62,213 nucleotides of DNA, filler included, from Dimorphilus gyrociliatus (GCA_904063045.1; 3 parts of 3 records of this genome joined end to end with filler, not necessarily neighbours in it); one strand, 5' to 3'. Numbered from the whole stretch's first letter, positions 37,601 to 49,834 are shown. Numbers and translations: made by a program. The notes: generated by a model not told the origin, from the sequence alone.

Positions 37601-38062
37601 AAACTAGTACAGTGTAATAGTAAGAGAAGTATACTTGAAATGTGGAAAATTATAGACTTGGAAGGCCATTGGATTATTAATTTTTACTTGAAACTTTCTA
37701 ATAAAGTGATCATTCATAATGCAATGTAATTTTCTTGTTGTGGTTACTCAAAGAGTGTGCATGACTGCAGTAATATCTGGATAAATGATTGAACAATAGA
37801 TGGTATTTTTAACAATTGTTTACAATGATTATAAATGTTCTTCTTTTGAGATTTCATTAATTACTTCTTAATAATTCTTAAGTTTGCTTTGAAAAATTAA
37901 AATAATATAAGATATTTAAAAAATTTATGTGATAACCTCATTAATATTTTAACTCTCTTTTATTGATATTTTAAAATTACCATAAAAATTTAAACAAAGC
38001 TCAATTTTCAAATAAAATTTAACGCAACAAAAAAACTTTTTATTGAAATTCAAAATAGAAGC

Positions 38063-38990
38063 ATGACAAGAACATTTGGCTTTCTTTTTATTATGTTTCT
38101 TTGCAACTTCAATGCTTCAAACTCAGTTGGTAAATAAGTATAATTGATCATTGTCTAGTTTTTTTTTCTTTCAACATTTCTTTTCTCTCTCTTATTAAAG
38201 ATTTTATTTATAAGAAATTTACAAATCATATTGGTAATGGTGATAGTTTTATTGTTCCTGAATGGGGTACTTCTGAAAAGATTGAAAAAATAGAAATGTG
38301 CCAGTATTTATGTTCAAGCTATAAAGATTGTGGGTAAGACAAATTTCTTTTTTAATTACTTTAAGAAAATTTTCAACTGCACAAATTCAATTTTTAAGAT
38401 CATTTAACTGGAATTCAACAATTGGAAAGTGTTATATGAGGAAGAAACATACTGGAAGTGAGCCAAGCTATGAGAGTGGAACTGATGATTTCTATTTAAA
38501 AGCCTTTGGTAAAGTAGGTCTGTAAAAACCTCAGCAATTTAAAAAAGACTACCCTAGTTTTAACAAATATTCAGTGATATTTGGTTTTCTTTCAGAATGT
38601 GCATTTAATTTTGTGAATAAGAGGAGACTTAGACCTGAAGGTCCTAGCTTTGTTGCTCCTGAATGGGGTAGCAGTTCAAAAGCTGTTGATCTTGAAGAAT
38701 GTAAAAGAGTATGCAGCAAATATCAAGCTTGCCAGTTAGCTAGCTAATTTTAATTTAATTAAAAGATTTAATATATAAAAGTTAACATTTTATAGAACAT
38801 TCAAATTCAGCTCATAGGTTCTACCTGAAAAGTACCTGTGTAACAGAAACTGGTAAGACTCTTTACATATTAACATTTATAATTTCAGTTTTCATCACAC
38901 AAAAATATCTTGAATTCTGAGGTTGTTGAGACAACAATAACAACAATAAATCCTAGTATAAGTACCAGTTGTATTGACTGGGTAAAAAAT
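38063..38990 (+). CDS. Secreted tandem PAN/apple-like domain protein with ~70-bp introns (3' part disrupted)
   Basis: Signal-peptide exon MTRTFGFLFIMFLCNFNAS (38063-38129). Spliced in phase to 38201 DFIYKKF...PEWGTSEKIEKIEMCQYLCSSYKDC, then SFNWNSTIGKCYMRK, and a second repeat PEWGSSSKAVDLEECKRVCSKYQAC. Confidence 0.7.
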
Positions 38991-39502
38991 AAAATAATAT
39001 ACTCAAACACAGACAAAAAATAATAAATTCAATTCAATGCATAAAATATTTACTGTATACTTAAAAGAAGTTATAGACTGATAATTTGAATTATGAATTT
39101 GGAACACAAGTAGAACATTTACTTTTATAGAATTACAATTGTGGAATACACAAATAATAGAAAATTTTGCATGTGAAATAAAATACCATTCCATTTTATC
39201 AGGATGCAATAATCATGGCATTCAAGGATGAGAAAATGTTGTAGAACTGTTTATTTTTTCAGCACTTTTATAAATAGATTACTCCACGAAGGGAATTTGG
39301 CAAGAATTCATGTAAAATTGTTAAGTGAGGGCAAGATTGTTTCAGAATTAAAAGCAAAAAGTATGTATTAAAAAAATTTAATCTTCTCTCTTGGAATATA
39401 TGATAATCCATTATCCCTATTTTTATTTCCTCTCAGATTAACTTTCTGAAATCTTGTACATTTACTTATCAAATTTTCCCAGTGCTCTACATTCTTGCTG
39501 TT

Positions 39503-39730
39503 TTATGCCTCAATATGAAATGTCAAAACTTTTAAAAGAATCTGTGAACAACTAAGTCCTTTGCAAGTACTTTCTAAGTCATTTCCAATAACTAAATTCC
39601 CTCTAAGATTTAACACTTGTATATTTGGACAAGACATTAATAGCAATCCAATGGTTTTGCAATCTCTATAATTTAGTTTACAATATTGAAAATTGATGAG
39701 AAAATTGGATGATGAGAGGCGACTTTTTTC
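39503..39730 (-). pseudogene. RNI-type LRR fragment (same family as 34400-34975)
   Basis: YCKLNYRDCKTIGLLLMSCPNIQVLNLRGN...TCKGL. Confidence 0.65.
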
Positions 39731-40076
39731 CAATCAGCTTTACTGTTGAATTTAAGAAATTTAATTGTTCAGGGTTATTTTGAGTAAAGAACATTGATTC
39801 CATATCAAGAATTACAAGCAAAGCTTTCATTGAATTCACTTTCTTTGTATAACTATAAAAGAAGTTTGGAAGCTTCCACAAAGGCTCAAAATAATGATCA
39901 TGATTACCTACAGCAATTTGCCAATCAACTCTTAAAGATGGATAAGGATTTATGTGTACATCTCTCCATTGTGTATCCATCTGAGAATCTGCAGTATTGT
40001 ATATTCCAAAAGGGTAGATATTATCCCCCAATGTTAAAATAAAATCCCAATTATTCTCCTTAGCCCATCTATCCAT
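39730..40076 (-). pseudogene. Purple acid phosphatase (ACP5/TRAP-like) fragment
   Basis: DFILTLGDNIY and GNHDH metal-binding motifs and WKLPNFFY. The N-terminal DxG and C-terminal GHxH motifs were not seen, and the segment after GNHDH looks deleted. Confidence 0.75.
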
Positions 40077-40394
40077 GCTGAGAGCAAGGGTTAGGGTTAC
40101 AGGGGGGTTCCTTTTTAGTTGAGTATGCCAACTTGTATATATATGCCTAACTAATAATTTACTAAAGTCTTTGCATCTGCTGGCTTCTGTAGGCTGAGAT
40201 ATTGGAGAAAGAAAATTAATGATTAAAAATTTTTTTCTGTTTTTTTGAATTTTTTTTTTTTGAAAATGAACAATTTGAAGGTGTACAATAATAAATTGGA
40301 TTCAAAATTTAGAAATTTTGAAGCAAACTTTATGTTTGAGGTGTAAAATAGGAAAAAATGATGTTTTTTCTACATTTTGACCTCTAGCTCAAAA

Positions 40395-40500
40395 CCCAAG
40401 CCCACGATTTTTTTTATTTTTTGAATATAGCCTTATAACATATTACTAAAACACATATCAAAAATTAAAAAAAATTGTGGGCTTGGAATTAGAGATATTA
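40395..40500. repeat. Small inverted-repeat (MITE-like) element
   Basis: CCAAGCCCACGATTTTT ... AAAAATTGTGGGCTTGG. Confidence 0.45.
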
Positions 40501-40769
40501 AGCATCGAAGTTTGTGCTTGATACAATGGTTTTTGACTAACCCATGTTTTATAAAGAAAATGTTTATTGTAATCAATGTTTTTCAGATTATAGAAACAAA
40601 ATATTATTAATACTGAGCAAAATGGCATCTAACAAACTGTTAGGAATACTATAAACTGGTTTTTCCCTAACAATCCACAACTTGTTTACATACATAAGGA
40701 ACATTAACAGAAATTTGTAAAGTTGATGTTGTTGACTATAATAGTTTAGGTTAGTTGTAAGGCTGATAT

Positions 40770-41337
40770 CTAACCCTGAACAGAATCTGTAGAAATTAAA
40801 TAAAGATAGTACAGATTAAAACCAACTATTTTATTGAACTTACCTATTGTAACTTGATTTACAATGGGATTATAATGGTAATCTTTGTACATTAAGCAGT
40901 GGATCTGGTTAATGTTGGCATCAGGCATATTTGCCATTTCCACAATTATGTATTTATGAAACTGTTTACCATATACAACAATTTTCTTGTTAAATAATTG
41001 CGAAAATGCTTCTATCTCAATAGAACCCCCCCAACCTAAACAGTAATACATGGTTTTTTTATAATTATCCATATTCTGACACTCCCATTTGATCCTTTTT
41101 TTCAATGTTACATTTCCAAATAAACTTTTATTCCCCAGATTTCCACATAGCAAATGTCCCACAATAAATTTTCTTAAAACATTTGGACATGTAAACCTTG
41201 TCTGAAAGTAGAGAGCTAAACAGGCAATTTCCATCCCCTGGTACAATGACATATGTTAAATGTTGACTGTTGGTGATATTATAAACCCTGATTTGGTGAC
41301 CTTTTCTTTCTTTCAGCTCTTCTCTATTATTATTATT

Positions 41338-41368
<31 letters not shown>

Positions 41369-41646
41369 GTAGCTGGTGCTGATAACAGACATTTGAAATT
41401 TATAATTTTTAATGCCTGTTGCTTTGTAATTGTAACTCCTGCTGCTAACCCTGATTTATTGTGATTTGTTAGTTGATTGCTGTCATCATCAAATACATCA
41501 TCATCATTATCATTGTGTATTAGCTTTTGTAAGTTGAATAATATAACTTTCTGCTGGTATTTACAATGTAATTTTTTAAGTTGAACATGACACTGTGTAC
41601 TTTGTATTATAGATTGAAAATCTTTTTGTATATGGTTTTTAGTCAT
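40770..41646 (-). pseudogene. Intronless OTU-domain deubiquitinase-like gene with one frameshift and a poly-Asn tract
   Basis: VPGDGNCLFSS (catalytic Cys), WGGSIEIEAFSQLF, HYN (catalytic His). ORFs 41128-41784 and 40770-41252 overlap at a frameshift at about 41215. First ATG at 41646. Confidence 0.85.
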
Positions 41647-42839
41647 TTTCAATCTATAATTTAATTTAAGCTTTGTAAACTCTATAACACAATTAATGGA
41701 ATGAAGTTTGATTGTAGGTTGAAGAAAGGATTTTTTCCCTTTAAAGTGTGAAAGAAATATATTGACCTCAAATGACCTCAACAAACTTCTCTTGCATCTC
41801 TCTAAATTTTATAGAAATCATATTAAAATTAAAAGACAAGTTTAGATATAGTTATATAGGTCAATATAAAAAATAACAACTGATTTAAAATTTCAATATA
41901 CTAATATAATTGAAATTTGTTAAGAAAGTATGCAAAAATGATTGTTACAGAGGAGATGAAATAATGATTTTCAAATAATTATCTTGTATATTTAATGACA
42001 AAATACTTTATTTAAAAAATATCAAGATAAATGTCAAATCTTTACCATTGATAATTGTAGCCCTTTATCCTTTGTCGAGACAAAACACTAGGTTGGAGGG
42101 TGAAATTTAGGGTTGAATAATTTCACAGAGTTCAATAAATTCAAATTCAAAATTTGTCCATAAAACTACATATATAGATTTTGTGTAGATTTGGCAGATG
42201 AATGTTACTGCATTCTCTTTTTCACAAAACAATATCAAGTGTTAAAAAGTAATTTATACTAGCTATTGTTCCATATGGTAGAGGTTGAATTGAATAGTTT
42301 GAATTAGTGAAATTGTTTGATTCAAGGGCCTCTCTGCAATTTCTATAAGTTGATTCTAAGCTCAAAATTTCAAATGACCTCAGTAAATAGAAAAATAGAA
42401 AATAGTATGCATTTTTCACAGAGAGAAAGAGAGAAAATATACAAAATGTTAGAATTGTTACCAAACAAATGCATGTCATTCAAAATTAATAAAGGTTAAA
42501 GCTATTTGGAATTATTTTAAACCTTAGTCAATATTTTTCAATTATACAGATAAATATTTAATGCTCTTTGAGTATTAACCCTCCAAAATATACCAAAAGA
42601 GCATTTAATATTCTAAATTGATATTTAGAAATGGGACAGAGACTTGGCCCATTTTATAAGACTAGCATTATATGAATATGAGCCATATATATATAAAGTA
42701 AACAGCTAAAAAATCCAGATACTGCAAATTTTGATAGGTCAATGTTAAAAATCCGGATTTGCATTTAAATAGATGTCTTAAACAGTAATTTTAAGTTAGA
42801 TATTTCATAATTAAATCTTAATGTTTATATTTAATTTTC

Positions 42840-43193
42840 TTAGATTGATTATGCTACATATGTTCATCTATTCAAATCAGAGGTTTAAAAATTGTTCTAA
42901 GGTGTGATAATAGTTGTACAATCAAACATATACCTAAAGCATCAATTATGGAAGAACATTTTGACAATGAGAGGTTACCAACTGTGGAAGGTGTTGAGAC
43001 TTCCATTGAAAGTTTACCCAAGGAGAATAATGATGGAGATGGTCAATTACAAGTATTTGAAAATGGAAGTCAAAGAGAGAAAAAGTTACTTGTACACAAT
43101 AATAATTCTTTTACTATAAAAGGACAGTACAAAAGTATAATTTATAAAATTGCTATTAGAACTAATAATGACATAGACAGGTTCCATAATTGA
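42840..43193 (+). pseudogene. Fragment paralogous to 33431-33786 (acidic stretch, then FENGSQREKKLLVH)
   Basis: Shared motif F[KE]NGSQxxKxLVH. Confidence 0.35.
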
Positions 43194-43214
43194 TTAAATG
43201 GTAATTTATGTACT

Positions 43215-43700
43215 TTGTTGTATTGTAAATGTAGGAATTTCTGCTTCTTCAGAACAGTATTTGTTGTCCTCTTCAATCATTTATCAATTCAGCAAAGTAC
43301 TCAAACAAATAGAACCTTTTAAGTTTGTGCACAATCAGTATTAACAAATGTAATTTTGGTAGAAATTAAAAAACAAAACACCAGTATTTTGTCCAATGGT
43401 TATGTATTAAGTAAATCAGTTTCTAGTTCTAAACAAGTAAGTTTAAGCAGCCAGCTAACAGTTAAAGAACTGAACTGACAAGCTGGGGAAATGTATTTCC
43501 TTTTTTACATTTCCCAAAGCTTGGCTTCAAATGGTGAAAGGATTAGGAGGGCAAAATATAGCAGTCTCATAATCCACAAGTAACAAAAATATGAAAGACT
43601 GTTATATCACACATATAGAATACAATGATGAGATGAAGACCACATGGCCATGTGGCACAGGCCTGCTTCAGTAGCATCTGGTATTGCCTAAGATGTAACA
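43215..43700 (+). mobile_element. R1 Penelope-like fragment with 3' hairpin tail
   Basis: QTNRTF*V motif; tail with palindromes CCACATGGCCATGTGG and CAGGCCTG. Confidence 0.6.
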
Positions 43701-44633
43701 AATTTCACATGCATCTTTTCTGTGTGCTTTGTTCCTTTGTTAATTGCGTAGCCACTCCATCTAATATGGGCAAAGAATCTATTTCCAATGAAATAGAGTT
43801 CTTTCTAAAGTTCTAGAATCTTATTCTACGAAATAAAAGACTTTCAAAAGTTGGACCATTATAATTGCCACGAAATAGAAGTTATTCTAAAATTCATTTA
43901 TATCTAAAGTCTAAATAGGGGTTGGGTGCGAACGTACCTGTTAGCAAATATTTCCAACCATGAAAACATTTTAGGAAAGGGTTAGTTTGAATATTTGGAT
44001 GAATTTATTGTTAGAGGGGCTCCAATTTAGGGTTAGGGAATATAAAAAACACAGATATTACACTCAATTTCAGATATATTAAGGTAGGCTTCAACCCGCC
44101 TTGGGTATGTTCGCACCCCCATCCATCTAAATATCAATATGTCATTATGTGGAAGTGTACAATTTAAGTGCAATACCAGATGCTACTGAAGCAGACTTCA
44201 TTAGAAATTTTGGAAAAATCTTGTCAACTCTACTTGGAAATTAAATGAAATGTATAAGATTCTTAGTTTAGAACTCATTACTGTAGGTTAGGGTTAAATT
44301 TTTGATATTAAAATACTAAGCCACCTATTACCAGTTTTTACAATAGAAATATTCATACCCTTTATTGTTAATCACTGGCTTAGTAGGGAGGCAACAACTG
44401 TTGCATCAGAAAAAAAATAACAATTCACCAATTCATTAAACTTTCTTCTGGCTATCTTTCAGCTAAAAGTATAGCCATTGTATTTATGAAAATTCTGCTG
44501 GGAAAGTATATAAGAACATATGAAAAGTGAAATGATGCCTTTGTGTTGCATATAATGAAAAATTGATTACTTCTTCCTCCTATAAAAATATGAGGATAGC
44601 ATTGAAAGAGTGCAGAAGACAAAAGATACAAAC

Positions 44634-45506
44634 ATGGATGAGATCACGATATTCTTTTTCATCTTTCTATTCATTGGTTTATTTTGCAATGGTCTTATCT
44701 TGTTTGTTTATGGAAAATATGAAAATGTTCGAAATGGTTTAATAATATTTATACCGGCACTAACAATATGTGATTTATTTACAATCATTTGGAATTTTTC
44801 AAAATATTTCATTAAAAATTCCACAACACTTCAAAATATTTTCCCGCCATTTTGTATTTTTATTCAATTTTACTTTATTATAATTTATAATCAGTCACAA
44901 TATTTTCTATTTTTGTCATTTATCTATAGATACATTACAGTAAAATTCTCTTTTCATTATCCAAATATCCTAACAGTTAGAAGATCAATTATAATCATAA
45001 TTTCAATCATTCTATTTTCAACATTGATCTGTCTATTTCCAGTTTATTTGGCAAATGTAGATTTCAAGTCAAAAAAGAAATTATGTAGTGGATATGCCAG
45101 TTATCATAAAATATATAGTTTTATTTATTTATCATTTTTCCTTCCAACCTTGGCAGGAGCTTTAATTTTGCATATAAAAATATTGAGAATTGCTAAAAAA
45201 CATTCAAGAGATATTGAAAGGCAAACAAAAAAAATACAATCAATTTCTAGATCATCTAAAATGACATTAATTCAATTATTTGTTATTATTTTATTGTGGA
45301 TTTGTTTGTCAATTGTAACATTCTTACAGATGAATAATTACCAACTTTTCAATGCCAGAATGCTTTTATTCATTGATTTCCTTGTGTTCCTCCAGGCAAT
45401 AGTTAATCCTATTATTACCATATTTGGTCATAATTCTATTAAAGTAGCACTAAGTAAATTGATCAAGTTTCGAAGAAGTACATCTGTAATGCCTAGTGAA
45501 TCGTAA
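44634..45506 (+). CDS. Intronless divergent class A (rhodopsin-like) GPCR, 290 aa
   Basis: Seven hydrophobic segments; TM1 CNGL, TM2 LTICDL, TM3 YRY (DRY-equivalent), basic IL3, TM7 NPII. First ATG at 44634. Confidence 0.88.
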   Translation: MDEITIFFFIFLFIGLFCNGLILFVYGKYENVRNGLIIFIPALTICDLFTIIWNFSKYFIKNSTTLQNIFPPFCIFIQFYFIIIYNQSQYFLFLSFIYRYITVKFSFHYPNILTVRRSIIIIISIILFSTLICLFPVYLANVDFKSKKKLCSGYASYHKIYSFIYLSFFLPTLAGALILHIKILRIAKKHSRDIERQTKKIQSISRSSKMTLIQLFVIILLWICLSIVTFLQMNNYQLFNARMLLFIDFLVFLQAIVNPIITIFGHNSIKVALSKLIKFRRSTSVMPSES

Positions 45507-46529
45507 TGTTTCTGCTTATGCTGTTTGTCAGGTGCCTGGAAATCTTCTATTCATTATACTTTTGCACATAGAGTGTTAGAAATTCAATAGAAGCTTCACA
45601 TTACTTTTGTCATAAATGTGAATATATATCTTATTCATAAATTTATCCTATTCATCCATCATACAAGAAATAATCATTGGTGAATGCATTTATCTACAGA
45701 TTTTACAATTGGCACACTTTGAGCAAACAATTCAGTTATATTGAAATTCTACAAATTTTCAAACTTATGTTTAGTCATGCAAACTTGGCTTAAGACTATT
45801 GGAATATGTTTTAATTACTCTTTGGTCAAAATGCAATGGCTACAACCTTCTTTAACATTCACTTTATCTATTGTGTTTAAGCAATGAAGTCTGTATTTCA
45901 GATAGACACTGATAAAATACATATTCTCACCAAACACTTGTTTGTCTTCCTCAGTTCAGGTTTATTTGTCATCAGGTCATTCATTTTTTCTTCTTTTGAT
46001 TTTAAACACCTTGTTCTCTTCAGAATTCCTTTATGCCAATTTTTTCCATCTGTTCACTCCTGTAATGTTGATTTTGGAGATGTTCTGACACATATCAGTT
46101 TTCTTACATAAGCTTCATATTGTTTGAATGCATGCTTTCATTCATTCTTTCCCATAATTCCATAATAAGAATAGTTGGCAACAAACTATTGCAAAGAATT
46201 GAGTAGTTAGAAACAATCAAGTCTTGATTGCTTAATAAGGTGACAATTATCCCCTTTAGCTAACCACTTATCATTGCCACAGTCAACAAAAGGGTTAAGA
46301 AGATCACAAAATTCAATAAAAAATTTCTATGAAAATCTAGGTCAGGGTTAGGGTTTACAAAAGGTTTTTTTTGACTAAATCAAAAAAGAGAAACAGAATT
46401 CTCACATTTCAAGAGTCCCAAATGATTTTGGGAAGCAGTCAAAGAAAAAATACACCAAAATTGACATTTAAAACAATTTACAAAAGAAAAAATTTTTTCA
46501 AAAAATTGTGCACTTTGGAATTATAATAT

Positions 46530-46983
46530 TGTACAACTTTGGTTATATTTTACATGGTTGAACTGTATTATTTGATGCAACTTATACATGTACATCTTAA
46601 AACCTATGCAAGAAAATGCTATAACATTGGCCAAACATAAGTCTGATTAGTCAGCTTCAAGGCTCATCTTTAACTATCAATAAAGGTTGGGCAAGTTATA
46701 ACTTAATTAACTTGCCTAGGGTGTGGCCAAGTTATAATTCAATTAACCTTCCTAAATGTTCAACCTTGTAACATCCTCTTACTAAACATAAATATGAACT
46801 ACACATTTTGGCAACTGTAAAGTGATGATTGGTTGTCAGAGGCAAACCTCAAAGTATATAAATCCTCACTATTCTCATTCTGCATCTGGATCCAAGGACC
46901 TGGGAAGATAACCTGGAAACAACCTCCACTGGAATCATCCATCCACTCCTCAACATTGGAAGATAGTTTGGTAATTTGGCAAT
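46530..46983 (+). repeat. ~454-bp inverted repeat, left arm (partner 51525-51979)
   Basis: Reverse-complement match with only a handful of differences. Confidence 0.95.
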
Positions 46984-47547
46984 CTGCTATTACAAACTAT
47001 CTATTCTGCTATTGAACTCTCATATTGTTACTTGCTTAACTATTATCATTATGAATAAACCGTTTTAATTTAAACATTTGTTTAAAGGTTCAAGTAGAAC
47101 CAGTATTGTTATAACTTGCAAACGCATAGATTTTGCTAACAAGAGCAGTACACTAGAATACAAACAAAGCATGTAAAATAGTGAAAATGTAATAACTAAT
47201 AATTAATATATGTTTATAAAAATGTGTTAAAAAATTTAAAAAGCCTTTCTTAAGTTCTATAATTCTAATTCCAAAGTAATAGCAGGAAATAAGAACAGGA
47301 ATTTTTTTATAATTCATGAGTCATAGAAGAATATTTTTGCAAATTATATAAATTTCAACATAATTTGGAATAATGCCAAAAAAAATATTGCAGTCTTATG
47401 TAATGATTATGTATGAAAATGGCTAGTGGATATTCTATAAAATTTTTACAAATGCTAATTTTCTCATTGGCCTACATTAACCATAATCGATATATGGATA
47501 AAAAATGTGTATTTATTTAACTGTTTGGAAGACTTTTAAGGCAGTGG

Positions 47548-47967
47548 TTGAGCTTTGTTACAAGCAAAAAGGTTGAGGAAAACTTACCTGCAAAAACTTG
47601 TATCAATTGTAAATATACAACTGAGAAAAGATATCTAAAAATGATTCTCAATGCCAAAAATCTTGGATATTTAAACATGTTAACGCATCTAAGACAACTG
47701 ATATTGCATAGATATTCATCAAGAGCTAATAAAATTTCATTTAAGACTCTCAAAGATGGATGGAAGCCTTTTCCTCAAAAAAAATTCATATCCTGTAAAA
47801 TTTCCAACAATTCTTTAGAAGATAAAAAGCAGAAGACAAATTTGAAAGAAAAACATACAAATCACAAGAAAAACTGGTATGATGAGTATGATAAATTTTA
47901 TTTAAAAACCTTTGGCATGAATTCAGGTATGGCTGATTTGGAGAAAGAAAATAGTGACAAATTTTGA
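47548..47967 (+). other. 139-codon open frame of unknown nature between the inverted arms
   Basis: Open frame only; no recognisable motif; TTG start. Confidence 0.2.
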
Positions 47968-48529
47968 AATAGCATCAAGAGTGATAAAAATTTTCTGAAG
48001 GTATTATATAAATGATTGTGAAAAATAATAAAATCTATGCAAAACATTATCAAAATGTCATAAAAATCGTTTTTACAAATAGAATGAATAATTATTTGAG
48101 AGGAATAGGTGTTCAAGTTTCTTCTTTATTTAAATAAGTCTATGCTAAATGAATAATTAAAGCAATATGTTTCTGTTGTTGTTCAATAATACATCAACCA
48201 AGATAAAAGAACAGATGAATAGGAAAAAGAAGATAAAGATAAAGAGTGTGCACTTAGATATAATGATATATCAAAACTTAAACTTTAGATATAAGGCTAC
48301 ATTAGAAAGACTTCCTATTTTATAGGAATTAGACTGGTGCAACTATAGAAATACTTATATTTTGTAGGAATTATAGTGGTGGAACTTTAGAAAGACTTTT
48401 ATTTTGTAGTGTTAGCTTTTAGTACTTTAGAAAGAACTCTATTTCTTACGAAATAGACTCTTTGATTGTAACAGATGTTGGCTACTTGGGAATTAACAAA
48501 GGAATAAAGAACATGGAAAAGATGCTTGT

Positions 48530-49030
48530 CAAACACCAGATGCTGATGAGGCAGGCCTGTTTATTGTGGAACATGTTTGGCATGTTGCCCTAATCTTAGG
48601 ATTATGTTTTATATGTGTGATATAACAGTCTTTCATATATTTGTTACACCAGAATTATGAGACTGTCAGATTTCAACTTTGTGATCCTTTGACCACTTGA
48701 ACCCAAGCTTTGGAAAATGTATAAAAGGAAATGCTTTTACCCAGCTTGTCAGTTCAGTTCTTTAACCATTAACTGGTTGTTTAAACTTACTTGTTTAGAA
48801 CTAGAAACTCATTTACTCAATACATATTTTTTACACAAAATACTGGCATTTTGTTGATTAATTTCTACTAAAAATACATTTCTTAAGACTACTTGTGGAC
48901 GAATTTGAAAGGTTCTATTTGTGTGAGTACTTTGGTAATTTGATAAATGATTGAAAAGGAGGAATACTGTTCTGAAGAAGCAGAAATTCCTACAATTACA
49001 ATACAACAAAGTACAAATATGGAATACACT
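48530..49030 (-). mobile_element. R1 Penelope-like fragment with 3' hairpin tail
   Basis: IIYQIT..KY..TNRTFQIR read across frameshifts (cf. VIYxIxC..YIGQTxRT); tail homologous to 43560-43690. Confidence 0.6.
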
Positions 49031-49834
49031 GGAATACACCATCTATTATTTTCCATTGTAATGCTGTGTAAAAAAAAAATTATTAAAATAATTTCAAAGT
49101 GTATTTATGCAACTTACAAAAAATTTTCAAAGCCTTCTCTTTTCCAGAAAAAAGTAAACCAAGTTTCCAAAGTCAAACCTCAGACTGATTAAATGAATAT
49201 TAAAAAAACCCAGTTATATTTATATACATCTTCTTGGTTAAGAGTTTTTTTCTGTAAACAATTTAATTAACCAAACAATTGAAAAGGATTTTAGTGATCT
49301 TTCCATTGATCACCTTATTACATAATATTCAAGCACTCACTAAACAACTATTAACTATTGAATACTTTCACTCTTCTCTTGTCAAACAAAGTGAATTTAA
49401 ACTTACAAAGTAATTTAATTCTCCTTCGAAACTTGACTTTATTTAATTCCATAAATTGCCTATATTTAAAATTAATACTTAAATGGTTTGGGCAGAAATA
49501 TTAAATTATTAAATCACAGTGGACAATTTTTTTTTACATATATTTTTAAAAGAAAAATAATACTAAGTAATTACCCCAACTAATATTTAAAAAAAAACAC
49601 ATAAAATTTATATATATATATATATATTATTTAAATATGCAGGGATGTGTTCTTTTCTTTTTCTTTTTTTCTTACTCATCAAAAACTTATAGCAAAATAT
49701 AAATTTTCTTCAGCCTTTAAATGTATAGAAAAAAATATTGCTCACAAAAAAAATAATGTTTTCAATATTTAACTTACAATTTATTTATTTCGTGTAAGAA
49801 AAATATAACCATTTGTCAATATTATTTTTTGCCA

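Noticed and set aside
41327-41368. (AAT)n(AAC)n microsatellite and the (TA)n/(CT)n runs at about 31872, 49610, 50340, 51330 and 52732
   Set aside because: Ordinary simple repeats; the first simply encodes the poly-Asn tract.
45540-46200. Cys-containing snippets on the minus strand downstream of the GPCR
   Set aside because: Too many stops, and no family could be assigned.
48540-48575. Hammerhead core on the plus strand (CTGATGAG at 48543)
   Set aside because: The homologous positions in two other copies read CTACTGAAG, so this match is probably chance; the opposite-strand arrangement is better supported.
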